Assembly: GCA_021650915.1 (NCBI GenBank)
Contig: CP091279.1
Coordinates: 2,460,001-2,492,000, forward strand
Reading direction: 5' to 3'
DNA length: 32,000 nt
Source of the DNA: Candidatus Brocadia sp.
Lineage (GTDB): Bacteria; Planctomycetota; Brocadiia; Brocadiales; Brocadiaceae
Shown: positions 17,176 to 27,550 of the stretch, in pieces
How the letters are laid out: each line of letters begins with the position of its first letter
How positions within the stretch are numbered: position 1 is the first letter of the stretch
Program-made: the position numbers and the translations under genes
Notes under the pieces: model-generated
Database searches by the model: none
What the model was told of the DNA's origin: nothing
The model's input: the letters and a program-made list of their open reading frames with translations, nothing else

Positions 17176-19479
17176 TCATGTCATTACCGTCACTTTTCTC
17201 ACCGGCAAACAGACATAAAATGTCGTTCCTTCCCCTGGATTACTCTTCACTACAATGTTCCCATTATGGTCATCGATGATCCTCTTGCTAATCGCAAGAC
17301 CTAAGCCGCTCCCCATCTCTTTTGTGGTAAAAAACGGGTTAAATATTTTACCGAGAATCTCTTCCGGAATCCCCGATCCCGTGTCAGCAATTGCCACTTG
17401 TATACTTGACGAATGAAAGTCACAATACCCGGTCTTTATGGTCAGGCTGCCCCCCTCCGGCATGCTATCCAGGGCGTTGACCATAATGTTAATAATGACT
17501 TGCGAGATATTGTCAGCGTCACCATAGATCTCGGGCAAATCCAGAGACAGCTCCTTCTCCAAAGAGATGCCGCGCTCTTTTATCCGATGCCCCACAAATC
17601 GTAAAGAATTTTCAACAATTTCACTTAAACTGTGGTTGGACATATGGGTGGAATATGGGCGGGAAAATGCCATCAACTGTTTTACAATCACCTCAATCCG
17701 TTTCAGGCCTTCTGACATTAAATCCAGAAATTCCCGGTTTTGCGATATGTTTTCAGGCTCTTTCCTCATCATTTTTACAAAATTCTGCAATCCGCCTAAT
17801 GGATTATTCACCTCATGGGCCACACCGGCAGCCAACTCACCCACCGCAGCCAACCGCTCGGCCTGAATCAGTTGCAACTCCATTTTTTTTCTCTCGGTAA
17901 TGTCCCGGCAAATCCACTGAATGGTCTTCCTTTTCCCGTATTCAATCACGCTGGCGCTGATACTCGTAGGAGTTAGCCCGCCGTCAACATGCTGGCAATC
18001 AACGTTATCCAGCATGCCGGAACCCGTCTCGTTTATCATCAACCACAATTGCCTTGTCTTTTCACAATCATATTCCGGGACAATTTCCCATATTTTTTTG
18101 TCATGTAATTCATTTTTCACGCACCCCGACAACTCCTCGGCCCTTTTATTCAAATCAACAATCTGCGCAGAGTCGGCATCCAGGGTAAAAATGGCATCGT
18201 TGGCCAGATTAATAGATTCCCGATACCTTTCCTCAGATTCTCTCAGCTGTGCGGTGCGTTCACGAATCTTTTGTTCAAGCCCTGCATACGACCCTTCCAG
18301 CTTTTCAGCCATTTTATTGAATTCTGAAGCAAGAACGCCCACTTCATCTTCAGAATTAATGGTAATGCGATGCCCCAGGTTCCCCTTGCCAATAGCATGC
18401 GCACCCTGCACCAGACGGGAAATAGGATGGGTAATTCCGTGTGACAGGGCAAAAACGATGACAACGATAATGAATACGCTTACTATCGCCAGGGTAATTA
18501 CCTGATTCTTCAATTCCATAATCGACTTAAAGGCCTCGGAGGTATCCTGCTTCACAATCAATCCCCATTTCAACGGCGATAGATAACGAAAGGCCAAAAG
18601 AACTTCCGTCCCTCTGTGATCAACAACCCTGGTGATGCCCTCTTCCTTTTCGTCCAGCATAAAAGACTCCGGCGCTATTGAATTCACCGGGATACTCATA
18701 GTGAGCGCCGTATCCGCCCGATGCCGCGTGTTGTTGAGAAATTGCAACTGATCACCCTTGCGGCGCACCAGGAGGGTCTCACCCGTTTCTCCGCTGCCTG
18801 GCCAATCCTGCAACAACCGTCCTATGGCCTTGTTTGTGTTTACCCGGATCGTGACGATTCCATTGATCACGTCTGTCTCCTCCATGGTAATCGGGTCTGT
18901 TCTCTTCATCGTGCCAAACAGAGTCATTCCTACCTGTTTTGTATACTCCGAATAGTGAATATCTTTAAACGGCAGCCCTTTATTTCCCAGCACATCAAGA
19001 TAATACCGGTAATCTCCATCGACTAATCCAATATTTGACTCGGTTGTAGACATCACAATCTCACCATTTTCTATATCCAGCATCGATATTTCATCACAAG
19101 AAATAAACTTTTCCTTGAGTTTACCCAGATATTCCGAAAGTCTCTTGTAATAGACATCGCCAATTTCAGATTCCTTCATCCTTTCAACGGAACGGAATGC
19201 CTGTCTTAAGTAAAGGAGATTAGAAAATGATACCTCCAGGGACTTATTTGTTGAAAGAACTCCAATATCAACCAGGCGCTCCTGCAACCAGTTGCTTAGC
19301 TGCGTCTTTTTTAATTCAGCAATCGAGGTCAGCTTCTCTGTCACCCTGTCGTTTAACGCCCTTTTCCCGCGGTTGTACGCCGTATTACTTACGATCAGAA
19401 TGGGCATCGTCGTCATGAGGATAAAATAGCAGATGAGCTTAACCTTGATGCTCTTAAAAAACCGAACAGACCCTTTCAT
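17176..19479 (-). CDS. Sensor histidine kinase (TM, Cache-like periplasmic domain, TM, HAMP, PAS, HisKA, HATPase_c)
   Basis: The ATG at 19479 has SD GGAGGAGAG; the track start at 19512 lacks one. Two hydrophobic segments flank a ~290-aa extracytoplasmic region. HAMP: PISRLVQGAHAIGKGNLGHRI...VGVLASEFNKMAEKL. PAS: DAIFTLDADSAQIVDLNKRAEELSG. H-box: GVAHEVNNPL (NtrB/AtoS-like). The G-boxes DTGSGI and GSGLGL are present. Its stop lies 24 nt before the regulator gene. Confidence 0.88.
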   Translation of the reverse strand: MKGSVRFFKSIKVKLICYFILMTTMPILIVSNTAYNRGKRALNDRVTEKLTSIAELKKTQLSNWLQERLVDIGVLSTNKSLEVSFSNLLYLRQAFRSVERMKESEIGDVYYKRLSEYLGKLKEKFISCDEISMLDIENGEIVMSTTESNIGLVDGDYRYYLDVLGNKGLPFKDIHYSEYTKQVGMTLFGTMKRTDPITMEETDVINGIVTIRVNTNKAIGRLLQDWPGSGETGETLLVRRKGDQLQFLNNTRHRADTALTMSIPVNSIAPESFMLDEKEEGITRVVDHRGTEVLLAFRYLSPLKWGLIVKQDTSEAFKSIMELKNQVITLAIVSVFIIVVIVFALSHGITHPISRLVQGAHAIGKGNLGHRITINSEDEVGVLASEFNKMAEKLEGSYAGLEQKIRERTAQLRESEERYRESINLANDAIFTLDADSAQIVDLNKRAEELSGCVKNELHDKKIWEIVPEYDCEKTRQLWLMINETGSGMLDNVDCQHVDGGLTPTSISASVIEYGKRKTIQWICRDITERKKMELQLIQAERLAAVGELAAGVAHEVNNPLGGLQNFVKMMRKEPENISQNREFLDLMSEGLKRIEVIVKQLMAFSRPYSTHMSNHSLSEIVENSLRFVGHRIKERGISLEKELSLDLPEIYGDADNISQVIINIMVNALDSMPEGGSLTIKTGYCDFHSSSIQVAIADTGSGIPEEILGKIFNPFFTTKEMGSGLGLAISKRIIDDHNGNIVVKSNPGEGTTFYVCLPVRKVTVMT

Positions 19480-19726
19480 CCCGCCGCTCTCCTCCCCCCC
19501 ATCCCCATCCAATTGTCCTTGCCTGGCCGTTTGCCATTTGCAGTCCTTTTATCCAAAATTATATTCACACCAAACCCTTAAATAAAGCGAATTTTCCTCT
19601 CTGCAACAGGAAAACCTCTTCTGCAAAACATTCTTTTGTTGACATAGCAGATGATTTATATTATTTTACGTACGTAATTACGTGGAAAAAATCCCCAAAA
19701 CTCTTTGTCTATAACAGGCAAAAGCA

Positions 19727-20893
19727 ATGCAGAGAATAAACAAAACCTGTCTTATCCTTACCATTTTCAGCATAGTATCCATTCTTTCCCAATGCAATCG
19801 CATCCAGGCAGAAAACGACAAAACTCCATGGCAGATGTTCAGAGGTGATATCCGGCACACCGGCCAAAGCGCTTACCGGGGAGCGCAGACAAACACCGTG
19901 AAATGGTCATACAAAATAGACACCCGCATTACCTCCTCTCCGGTCGTCGCATCGGACGGCACTATTTACTTCGGCTCCGTTGACGGCAGGCTCTATGCCA
20001 TTCATCCTGACGGCACCACAAAATGGGCGTTCCAGGCAGGCAGCGAGATAACCGCATCACCTGCCCTTGGAGATGACGGGACAATCTACATTGGCTCCCG
20101 GGACAAAAAAATGTATGCCATCACGCCGGATGGAAAGCCCAAATGGACGTACACCGCCGGAGATATCATCCTTTCTTCCGCGACGGTTACCCCTGACGCC
20201 CTGTATTTTGGTTCAAACGATAATACCCTTTACGTCCTTACCGCGGATGGCAAATTAAAGTGGAAATATACCGCCAAGAGCAATATTACGGCTGCACCTG
20301 CATTGGGGACGGATGGCACCGTCTACCTGTTCGAAATCAGCGGCGCTCTGCATGCTTTATCGCCGGATGGAGTTGAAAAATGGACGAAGCGCGTTGGAAC
20401 CGGCGTTTATGATTCCTATTCTTCACCATCAATCGGCGCAGACGGAACGGTGTATGTGGGAACGGACAGCGGACGGTTGGTCGCCGTAAAACCTGATGGC
20501 AATGTAAAATGGTACGTTAACACCGGAAAGGCCGTCCATTGCAGCCCTGCGATTGCCACCGACGGAACCATTGTCTTTGGGTCTTACAGCGGCATGGTGT
20601 ACGCTGTTACACCCGATTGCAAACTCAAATGGAGTTTTAAAACCAACGGCTGGGTGGAATCCTCTCCCGTCATTGACGCAGAAGGAACTGTTTACCTTGG
20701 TTCAAGCGACGGAAGACTCTATGCCATCAATGCAGGCGGCACCCTGAAATGGTCATATCAGACTAAGGGAGAGATCGAATCATCTCCGTCTATAGGACCC
20801 GACGGCACGGTGTATATTGGATCAAACGACTGCCACCTCTACGCCATAGGCGACACTTCACAGACAACATCCGTACCTGTGTTTGAAAAATAA
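19727..20893 (+). CDS. Secreted PQQ-like (BamB-like) beta-propeller repeat protein
   Basis: 388 aa with a signal peptide (CLILTIFSIVSILSQCNRIQA). It has about 8 tandem ~40-aa repeats of the form SSP.(I/V)..DGT(I/V)Y.GS.D..LYA(I/L).PDG..KW. Confidence 0.8.
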   Translation: MQRINKTCLILTIFSIVSILSQCNRIQAENDKTPWQMFRGDIRHTGQSAYRGAQTNTVKWSYKIDTRITSSPVVASDGTIYFGSVDGRLYAIHPDGTTKWAFQAGSEITASPALGDDGTIYIGSRDKKMYAITPDGKPKWTYTAGDIILSSATVTPDALYFGSNDNTLYVLTADGKLKWKYTAKSNITAAPALGTDGTVYLFEISGALHALSPDGVEKWTKRVGTGVYDSYSSPSIGADGTVYVGTDSGRLVAVKPDGNVKWYVNTGKAVHCSPAIATDGTIVFGSYSGMVYAVTPDCKLKWSFKTNGWVESSPVIDAEGTVYLGSSDGRLYAINAGGTLKWSYQTKGEIESSPSIGPDGTVYIGSNDCHLYAIGDTSQTTSVPVFEK

Positions 20894-21001
20894 GGATATA
20901 AAAAATTATTGACCTATTCCTTCTTTTCACAACTCATCCCGAACCCTTCTGTACGAACCGATTCATGCTGATAATTACCTGCAACAAGGACCAGGAGCGT
21001 T

Positions 21002-21907
21002 ATGCCAGAAGCAGATACCCTGGATGACCTTACCGAGTCATTTATCAACTACCTCCTTGTAGAATGCGGTTTATCCAGGAATACCATCCTCAGTTACAGT
21101 CACGACCTGCAGCTCTTTACCCGTTTTCTGCTTTCAAAAGAGATATCCGGCTTTGACGGCGTCCGTCCCGACATGATTACAAGCTTTATCATTTCTGAAA
21201 AAAACCGCGGCCTTTCCATCAACTCCATCAGCCGCACCATCGTGGCTATCCGTATGTTATACAAATTCCTCCTTTCTGAAGGAAAACTCCGGACAAACCC
21301 ATTTACCGTAATTGATTCGCCAAAGCTCTGGAAGAGATTGCCGGAAGTCATTCCCGTTCATAAGATCGATGACCTCCTTGCGGTCCCCAACACGCAAACG
21401 AAATTAGGGATGAGAAACAAGGCTATTCTTGAACTCATGTACGCCACCGGCGCGCGGGTGTCGGAGGTTGTTGCAATTCAGATGGACTGGGTTAATCTTG
21501 AATACCGCTACATGAAGTGCAGAGGCAAAGGCTCAAAGGAACGAATTGTGCCCCTTGGAACAAAGGCGATTGAGGCGATTCAGGGTTACTTAACCCTTGC
21601 CAGGCCAGAGCTAAAGAACAGCAGGGACAGCGCGTATCTCTTCCTTTCAAAGGCCGGAAGACCCCTCAGAAGAGAGAATATCTGGGTTGTCGTGAAGAAC
21701 TGTGCCGCAAAAGCCGGTATCCCCGGGAAGATATCCCCCCATAAGCTGAGGCATTCGTTTGCCACCCACCTGCTGGAAAACGGCGCAGACCTGCGTTCCG
21801 TACAGGAAATGCTCGGGCATGTCAATGTCTCAACCACCCAAATCTATACCCATGTCGGCAAACAGCACCTCAAGGCTATCCATCGCCATTACCACCCACG
21901 GACATGA
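21002..21907 (+). CDS. xerD: Tyrosine site-specific recombinase, XerC/XerD family
   Basis: 301 aa. It has an N-terminal SAM-like domain (FINYLLVECGLSRNTILSYSHDLQLF). The catalytic residues are in context: ATGARVSE, HKLRHSFATHLLENGADLRSVQEMLGH, STTQIYTHV. The C-terminus ...HYHPRT resembles XerD, but XerC versus XerD is not resolvable by eye. Confidence 0.8.
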   Translation: MPEADTLDDLTESFINYLLVECGLSRNTILSYSHDLQLFTRFLLSKEISGFDGVRPDMITSFIISEKNRGLSINSISRTIVAIRMLYKFLLSEGKLRTNPFTVIDSPKLWKRLPEVIPVHKIDDLLAVPNTQTKLGMRNKAILELMYATGARVSEVVAIQMDWVNLEYRYMKCRGKGSKERIVPLGTKAIEAIQGYLTLARPELKNSRDSAYLFLSKAGRPLRRENIWVVVKNCAAKAGIPGKISPHKLRHSFATHLLENGADLRSVQEMLGHVNVSTTQIYTHVGKQHLKAIHRHYHPRT

Positions 21908-21938
21908 ACAGCCAGTGTGGCTCATGAAATGCTTGCTA

Positions 21939-24158
21939 TTACGCATCGCATAAAACATTATGACGCATTTCCATCTTCCCAAACTCATCAGCGGGCAATG
22001 GTTTGCAGAATAGATACCCCTGCATCTCGTCGCATTGACGCTGCTTCAGGAATACGAGCTGTTCCTCATTCTCAACCCCTTCAGCAACGACCTTGAATTT
22101 CAAGCTTTGCGCCAGGGCAATAACGGACGACACAATTACCTTGTCATTTTGGTCCGTTGCAATGCCGCTTACGAAATGCTGGCTAATTTTTAGCTTATGA
22201 ATAGGAAATTTTTTGAGATAATACAGAGAAGAGAAGCCGGTGCCGAAATCATCGATAGAAATTTGAATCCCCATCGAGCTTAATCGTTCCAATTTCCCGA
22301 TCGTCGTTTCCATATCCTGCATTGCAATGCTCTCGGTAATTTCTATCCCCAGAAATTGCGGATCGAGACCGGTCTTTTGCAAGATAGACGTAACCATTTC
22401 CACAAGGTTGGGCTGCTGAAAGGTGCGAACTGAAATGTTCACTGCTACAGACAGGGGCTGATGTCCTTCATCCTGCCATACCTTGCACTGTTTACAAACG
22501 GTATACAGCACTAACTCATCAATAAATACGATTAAACGGGTATTTTCTGACAGGGCAAGGAATTCATCCGGAAGAACGAGTCCCCTTTCCGGGTGCCGCC
22601 AACGCACCAGGGCTTCCATGCCGACAACCAGGCCGGTGTTAATACTCACAAGAGGTTGATAGTAAACATCAAATTCCTCGCGCTCCAGAGCGCGGTGAAG
22701 GTTACATTCCAGCAGCATCTTGTCAAAGGACTTGGCGTGCATCGCCGCCGTGTAAAACTGGTAGGTATTTTTCCCCTGTTCCTTGGCGCAATACATGGCG
22801 GCATCGGCATTCCTCAGCAGGATTTCCGCGCTATCGCCATGATTGGGATAAATGGCAATGCCAATACTCGCCGTAATGTAGAGTTCGTGCTTGCTGATGC
22901 TCCACGTTCGTTTGAATGCATTGAGGATTTTGCATGCAATATTGGTTACGTGGTCAACCTGAGTGATCCCCACCATTAAGAGCGTGAATTCATCGCCGCC
23001 GAAACGGGCAACGGTGTCTTCTTCACGCACACAGCTCTTCAACCGGTCGGCAACCTCACGCAGCAACTGGTCTCCCATCGTGTGCCCCAGCGCATCATTG
23101 ACGGCCTTGAATCTGTCCAGATCAAGAAACAACACGGCAAGGATTTCATCCATCCGCTGTGCATGAGCCAATGCGATGGTCAGGCGGTCGTTGAATAAAA
23201 TACGGTTGGGCAGGGCGGTAAGGCTGTCATGGAAAGCCATATGCCTGATTCTTTCTTCTATCCGTTTGCGTTCTTCGATTTCGCACTGGAGTTCTTCGTT
23301 TACCCTCATTAACGCCGATGTTCGCTCTGCCACGCGTTGTTCCAAAGATTCATTGAGCGCCCTTAGTTCTCTCTCTAGCTGTTTGCGTTCGGTAATATCC
23401 TGGACGACCCCGTTCATCTGAATTGCCCTGCCGGTATCATCAAAAACGACTTCGGCCTGTGCCTGGACAACGCGCTCAAAGCCACCCGGCAAAACAATGC
23501 GATAGTCAATCCGATATGGTTTTTCTTCATATAATGCATCGCGAACGGATTGTCTCACAAATTCCCTGTCGGCAGGATGAACGAAATCGAGAAACGCCTC
23601 ATAGGTTGTGCTACAGGCGGAGGGCACCAATCCGAAGATGCGGTAGACCTCATCGGACCAGCGCACTTCATTTTTTCCGATGTCCCATTCCCAATTTCCC
23701 AGGTGGGCAATTCTTTGCGCATTGGCAAGACTGGCTTCGTTTTTCCGCAACGCCGCTTCCGCCAGCCTGCGCCTGCGCCGTTCCTCAACCTCGATCAATT
23801 CCCGCTCAATAGCCGGAACCAGTCGCGTCAGATTGTCCTTCATAATGTAATCATGAGCGCCGGCTTTCATAGAAGAAACCGCGAGTTCTTCTCCTATCGA
23901 GCCAGAAACGATAATAAACGGCATGTCCTGTCCGCTGAGTTGTAACTGTGTCAGAGCCCCGAAAGAGCTAAAAAACGGCATGGAATGGTCTGCAAGAACG
24001 ACGTCCCACTCCTGTGCATCGAGCATCATCTTCATGGCTGCGGCTGTTTCAACCCGTTCAAACAAAGGTTCATAGCCCCCGCGTCGCAGTTCACGAAGCA
24101 TCAATTCAACGTCATCCATCGAATCATCTACAACCAGTACGCGAAGGGGGGCTTTCAT
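21939..24158 (-). CDS. Response regulator with PAS, GGDEF and EAL domains (c-di-GMP turnover)
   Basis: 739 aa. REC: LRVLVVDDS...DVVLADHSMP. A coiled coil plus PAS follow (GNWEWDIGKNEVRWSDEVYRIFG). The GGDEF domain has an intact RFGGDEF, and the EAL domain an intact EALVRW...DDFGTG. Its start overlaps the upstream REC gene stop in an ATGA (24155-24158). Confidence 0.9.
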   Translation of the reverse strand: MKAPLRVLVVDDSMDDVELMLRELRRGGYEPLFERVETAAAMKMMLDAQEWDVVLADHSMPFFSSFGALTQLQLSGQDMPFIIVSGSIGEELAVSSMKAGAHDYIMKDNLTRLVPAIERELIEVEERRRRRLAEAALRKNEASLANAQRIAHLGNWEWDIGKNEVRWSDEVYRIFGLVPSACSTTYEAFLDFVHPADREFVRQSVRDALYEEKPYRIDYRIVLPGGFERVVQAQAEVVFDDTGRAIQMNGVVQDITERKQLERELRALNESLEQRVAERTSALMRVNEELQCEIEERKRIEERIRHMAFHDSLTALPNRILFNDRLTIALAHAQRMDEILAVLFLDLDRFKAVNDALGHTMGDQLLREVADRLKSCVREEDTVARFGGDEFTLLMVGITQVDHVTNIACKILNAFKRTWSISKHELYITASIGIAIYPNHGDSAEILLRNADAAMYCAKEQGKNTYQFYTAAMHAKSFDKMLLECNLHRALEREEFDVYYQPLVSINTGLVVGMEALVRWRHPERGLVLPDEFLALSENTRLIVFIDELVLYTVCKQCKVWQDEGHQPLSVAVNISVRTFQQPNLVEMVTSILQKTGLDPQFLGIEITESIAMQDMETTIGKLERLSSMGIQISIDDFGTGFSSLYYLKKFPIHKLKISQHFVSGIATDQNDKVIVSSVIALAQSLKFKVVAEGVENEEQLVFLKQRQCDEMQGYLFCKPLPADEFGKMEMRHNVLCDA

Positions 24159-24649
24159 TTATTGTCTTCCCCTCTCGTGTCCGGAGATTTGTTCAGGAGA
24201 AGCCAATAAATCGCCAATCGCCCTACCGCCTCCGAGAATTGAGTAAAATCAACCGGTTTTTGAACATAGCTATTAGCGCCGAACTTGTAACCGTTAACCA
24301 CGTCCCTTTCCTCACTTGAGGACGTGAGAATAACCACCGGAAGGTGTTTCGTTCGTTCGTCAGAACGCAGTCGTTGCAAAACTTCAAGACCATCCACCTT
24401 TGGCAGTTTTAAATCCAGCAGCACAACCTCCGGCAGTTTACCGATGTCTCTGCCGGCATGCCTGCCATCACCAAAAAGATACTCAAGCGCCTCTGTCCCA
24501 TCACTGGTTATCACCACCTCGTTCATAATATGATATTTTTTGAACGCGCGCAGTATCAGCTCTGCGTCGTCCTGATTGTCTTCCACAAGCAAGACGACCT
24601 TGGATTGCGTCTTTGTGATTATCGATTGCTGATCTGTCGTCATTACCAC
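24155..24649 (-). CDS. Single-domain (CheY/Rcp-like) response regulator
   Basis: 164 aa. Motifs: VVLLVEDNQDDAELI, VVLLDLKLPKVDG, PVVILTSS, GANSYVQKP. No output domain is present. Confidence 0.85.
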   Translation of the reverse strand: MVMTTDQQSIITKTQSKVVLLVEDNQDDAELILRAFKKYHIMNEVVITSDGTEALEYLFGDGRHAGRDIGKLPEVVLLDLKLPKVDGLEVLQRLRSDERTKHLPVVILTSSSEERDVVNGYKFGANSYVQKPVDFTQFSEAVGRLAIYWLLLNKSPDTRGEDNK

Positions 24650-24763
24650 TCTTTTACCCTATCAAACCTCTATGGGATGATCTGCACAACTGAGCCGGCA
24701 GTAAATATAACAAAAAAATTACGATTATCGAAATTCTAAAACATTACTTCCCGATTTGCAATC

Positions 24764-27478
24764 TTAAATCGTAAAGGAGAACGTGGCGCCCTGACCCACC
24801 GCGCCCTCAGCCCAAATCTGCCCGCCATGACGATGGATAATACGCTGAACAGTAGCCAGTCCAATGCCCGTGCCGTCAAACTCGGCTTTCGGGTGCAGGC
24901 GCTGGAATGCACCAAAGAGTTTGTTTACGTAAGCCATATCAAACCCGGCGCCATTGTCGCGTACAAAATACACGGGTTTTTCGTCATCCTGCTTTGCACC
25001 CAGTTCTATGATTGCCCGCGGGCACTTACGGGTAAATTTCCATGCATTGCTGAGTAAGTTCGTAAGCGCTATCCGCAGCAAATGCGGGTCGCCTTGGACG
25101 ACTAATTCTTCAGCAATGACAAACTCCGCACAACGCCCCGGCTCAGTTTCCTGAAGCTCCAAAGCAATCGCCCGCGCCACTGCGCTCAGATTCACTTTCT
25201 TACAGCTCATTTCACCGCGGGTTATGCGGGAAAGATTCAACAGGTCATCGATAAGCTGCCCCATATACTTGCTGGCCGCGCACACCCGATGGAGGTAGTT
25301 TTTGCCCTGTGCATCCAGCTTGTCAGAGCAATCTTCCAGCAGCGCCTTGCTAAAGCCATCGATGCCCCGCAACGGCGCACGCAAGTCATGCGATACCGAG
25401 TAGCAGAACGCTTCCAGCTCTTTGTTGGAGGCAATAAGCCGATTCGTAAGATATTCAAGGTGATCGCGTTGCTTCCTTAACTCTTCCTCCGTTCGCTTGC
25501 GTTCGGTGATGTCTTCCTTGATCGCAACGAAATGGGTAATAACGCCCTCATGATTTCTGATAGGTGAAATGGAAGCGTATTCCCAGTAAAGTTCACCATT
25601 TTTTCTCTTGTTGTGAAATTCGCCCTCCCATTCTCCCCCGGAGGTAATCGTGTCCCACAACCTCTTGTACTCTTCGGATGGTTTCTCGCCGGATTTTAAG
25701 ACGCGGGGGTTTTGTCCGATCACCTCTTCCGGAGCGTAACCGGTCGCCCTGCTGAATTTGGGATTTACGTATTCGATTTTGCCTTGTACGTCAGTGATTA
25801 CCACCGAACATGGGCTTTGTTCGACGGCATTAAACAACTTGCGAAGCTCTCCCTCCGTCCGCCTGCGCTGCGCGATTTCCATTGTAAGCTCTTTGTTTGC
25901 CTGCACCAACGCCACTGTTCGCTCCGCTATGCGCTGCTCAAGGGAGTCGTTGAGCACCCTCAGTGCGTCCTCTATCGCCTTACGCGTGGTAATATCACGA
26001 AAGATGCCCATGAGATATGTCTTCCCATCAAACGTTACCCGTGAGGTGTTGATATCCGCATAAAAAACCGTGCCATTCTTTCGTTGGACAGGGATATCTT
26101 TCGCCAGTGTTGTTTCGCCTTTTGCCTGTTTTTCAAACTGTTCCATAACAAAGGATATCTCTTCCTTTGGGTGAATATCCGCGATTTTTAAGTTTTTAAT
26201 TTCTTCGGCAGGATAACCGAGCATATGGCAAATCGCTGTATTGCCAGCATAGAATTCTTTCGTCTCGATATCAGTGATCAGGACACCATCGATTACGCTG
26301 TCAAAGATGGTTCTGAACCGCTGTTCGGACTCCCTTAAAACCTCCCCGGTACGTTTGTGTTCAGCGATCTCTTCCTTGAGTTTCTCCGCCATAGCATTAA
26401 AACTCCCGGCCAGAACGCCAATCTCATCCCTGCGAGTCGTCTTTACCCGATAATCCAGGTCTCCGCCTGCAAATCTCTCCGCTGCATCCTTTACCTCCCT
26501 GATGGGTTTTGACGTTGAAACCGCGAAAGAGATTCCCAGTCCGGTAACCACGCCCGCGCTCACTACGCTAAAAAACAACGCAATAAGACCCAGCCTCTTC
26601 AATGGCGCAAAGGCCTCTGCCTTATCTATTTCAGCCAAAAGCATCCAGCCGTATGCGGGTAAATATCGCGAGACGCCAACAACGGTCTTCCCCCGGTAAC
26701 CCGTATAAATACCAACCATCTCTTTCCCCTCTTCGACAAGCTTGCGGACTGGTTTCGTGTCCATGACTTCCGGGGAGACCGCATCATCGAAAAACCGTGA
26801 ATGGGTAAGCATCTCCTTATCTTTACTCACGAGATACACTTCACCGGTCTCTCCCATTCCAATACGGTTTGTTGTAATCCCATTCAGGGCTGAAAGGGAA
26901 TAGACATTGATAATCACACCAAGCGTTTCAACGCCGCTCCCTGCAACAATTGGGGCGGAGACAAAGATACACTTCACATCAAGATCGGGAGAATAATGAA
27001 GCTGGCCAAGGTATGTTTCACCGCAACTCTTTCGTATGCCTTGCATAAATACATCCTGGGCAGAAAAATCCTTGCCCAGCAACCTCTTATCGGTGGATGA
27101 GACGATTTTGCCATTCTTATCCACAAGAGCTATCGCTATAAGCTGTCGGTTGAACGCCCGTTTTTTCTTTATGAGGTATTCATTGAGGCGAATTATCTTA
27201 CGGGACTGCAAATTCTCTCCACGAATGATTGACCCGAAACACCTCCGTATAAACCCATCGGTGCTGAAGTCTGCCGCGCGCATTTCAATTCTTTCCATAT
27301 AAGCGCTGACGTGAAGCTCCCGTGACCTTGCAATTGCTTTCAAATCTTCAAAGACTCGATGCTGTAAGGCATTTTTGGCGTGGTAATAGTGTATCATTGT
27401 CATGAGTACAATAGGAATAAGTGAGATGCACAGCGCAAAGGTAAGTAATCTGCTCTTTATAGATAAAAAGGGATTCAT
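24764..27478 (-). CDS. Sensor histidine kinase (TM, Cache-like domain, TM, HAMP, multiple PAS, HisKA, HATPase_c)
   Basis: The ATG at 27478 (MNPFLSIKSRLL...) is preceded by GGAG; the track start at 27508 has no SD. HAMP: PIREVKDAAERFAGGDLDYRV...IGVLAGSFNAMAEKL. There are at least two PAS units (FRTIFDSVIDGVLITD, LFNAVEQSPCSVVITD). H-box: SVSHDLRAPL. ATP-binding boxes DNGAGFD and GTGIGL are present. Confidence 0.88.
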   Translation of the reverse strand: MNPFLSIKSRLLTFALCISLIPIVLMTMIHYYHAKNALQHRVFEDLKAIARSRELHVSAYMERIEMRAADFSTDGFIRRCFGSIIRGENLQSRKIIRLNEYLIKKKRAFNRQLIAIALVDKNGKIVSSTDKRLLGKDFSAQDVFMQGIRKSCGETYLGQLHYSPDLDVKCIFVSAPIVAGSGVETLGVIINVYSLSALNGITTNRIGMGETGEVYLVSKDKEMLTHSRFFDDAVSPEVMDTKPVRKLVEEGKEMVGIYTGYRGKTVVGVSRYLPAYGWMLLAEIDKAEAFAPLKRLGLIALFFSVVSAGVVTGLGISFAVSTSKPIREVKDAAERFAGGDLDYRVKTTRRDEIGVLAGSFNAMAEKLKEEIAEHKRTGEVLRESEQRFRTIFDSVIDGVLITDIETKEFYAGNTAICHMLGYPAEEIKNLKIADIHPKEEISFVMEQFEKQAKGETTLAKDIPVQRKNGTVFYADINTSRVTFDGKTYLMGIFRDITTRKAIEDALRVLNDSLEQRIAERTVALVQANKELTMEIAQRRRTEGELRKLFNAVEQSPCSVVITDVQGKIEYVNPKFSRATGYAPEEVIGQNPRVLKSGEKPSEEYKRLWDTITSGGEWEGEFHNKRKNGELYWEYASISPIRNHEGVITHFVAIKEDITERKRTEEELRKQRDHLEYLTNRLIASNKELEAFCYSVSHDLRAPLRGIDGFSKALLEDCSDKLDAQGKNYLHRVCAASKYMGQLIDDLLNLSRITRGEMSCKKVNLSAVARAIALELQETEPGRCAEFVIAEELVVQGDPHLLRIALTNLLSNAWKFTRKCPRAIIELGAKQDDEKPVYFVRDNGAGFDMAYVNKLFGAFQRLHPKAEFDGTGIGLATVQRIIHRHGGQIWAEGAVGQGATFSFTI

Positions 27479-27550
27479 CTGTGATACTCCATAAATCCGT
27501 ATTATCATATCATTGAATGAGGCATTCGGCGGCTTTGTTTGATGTCACAC

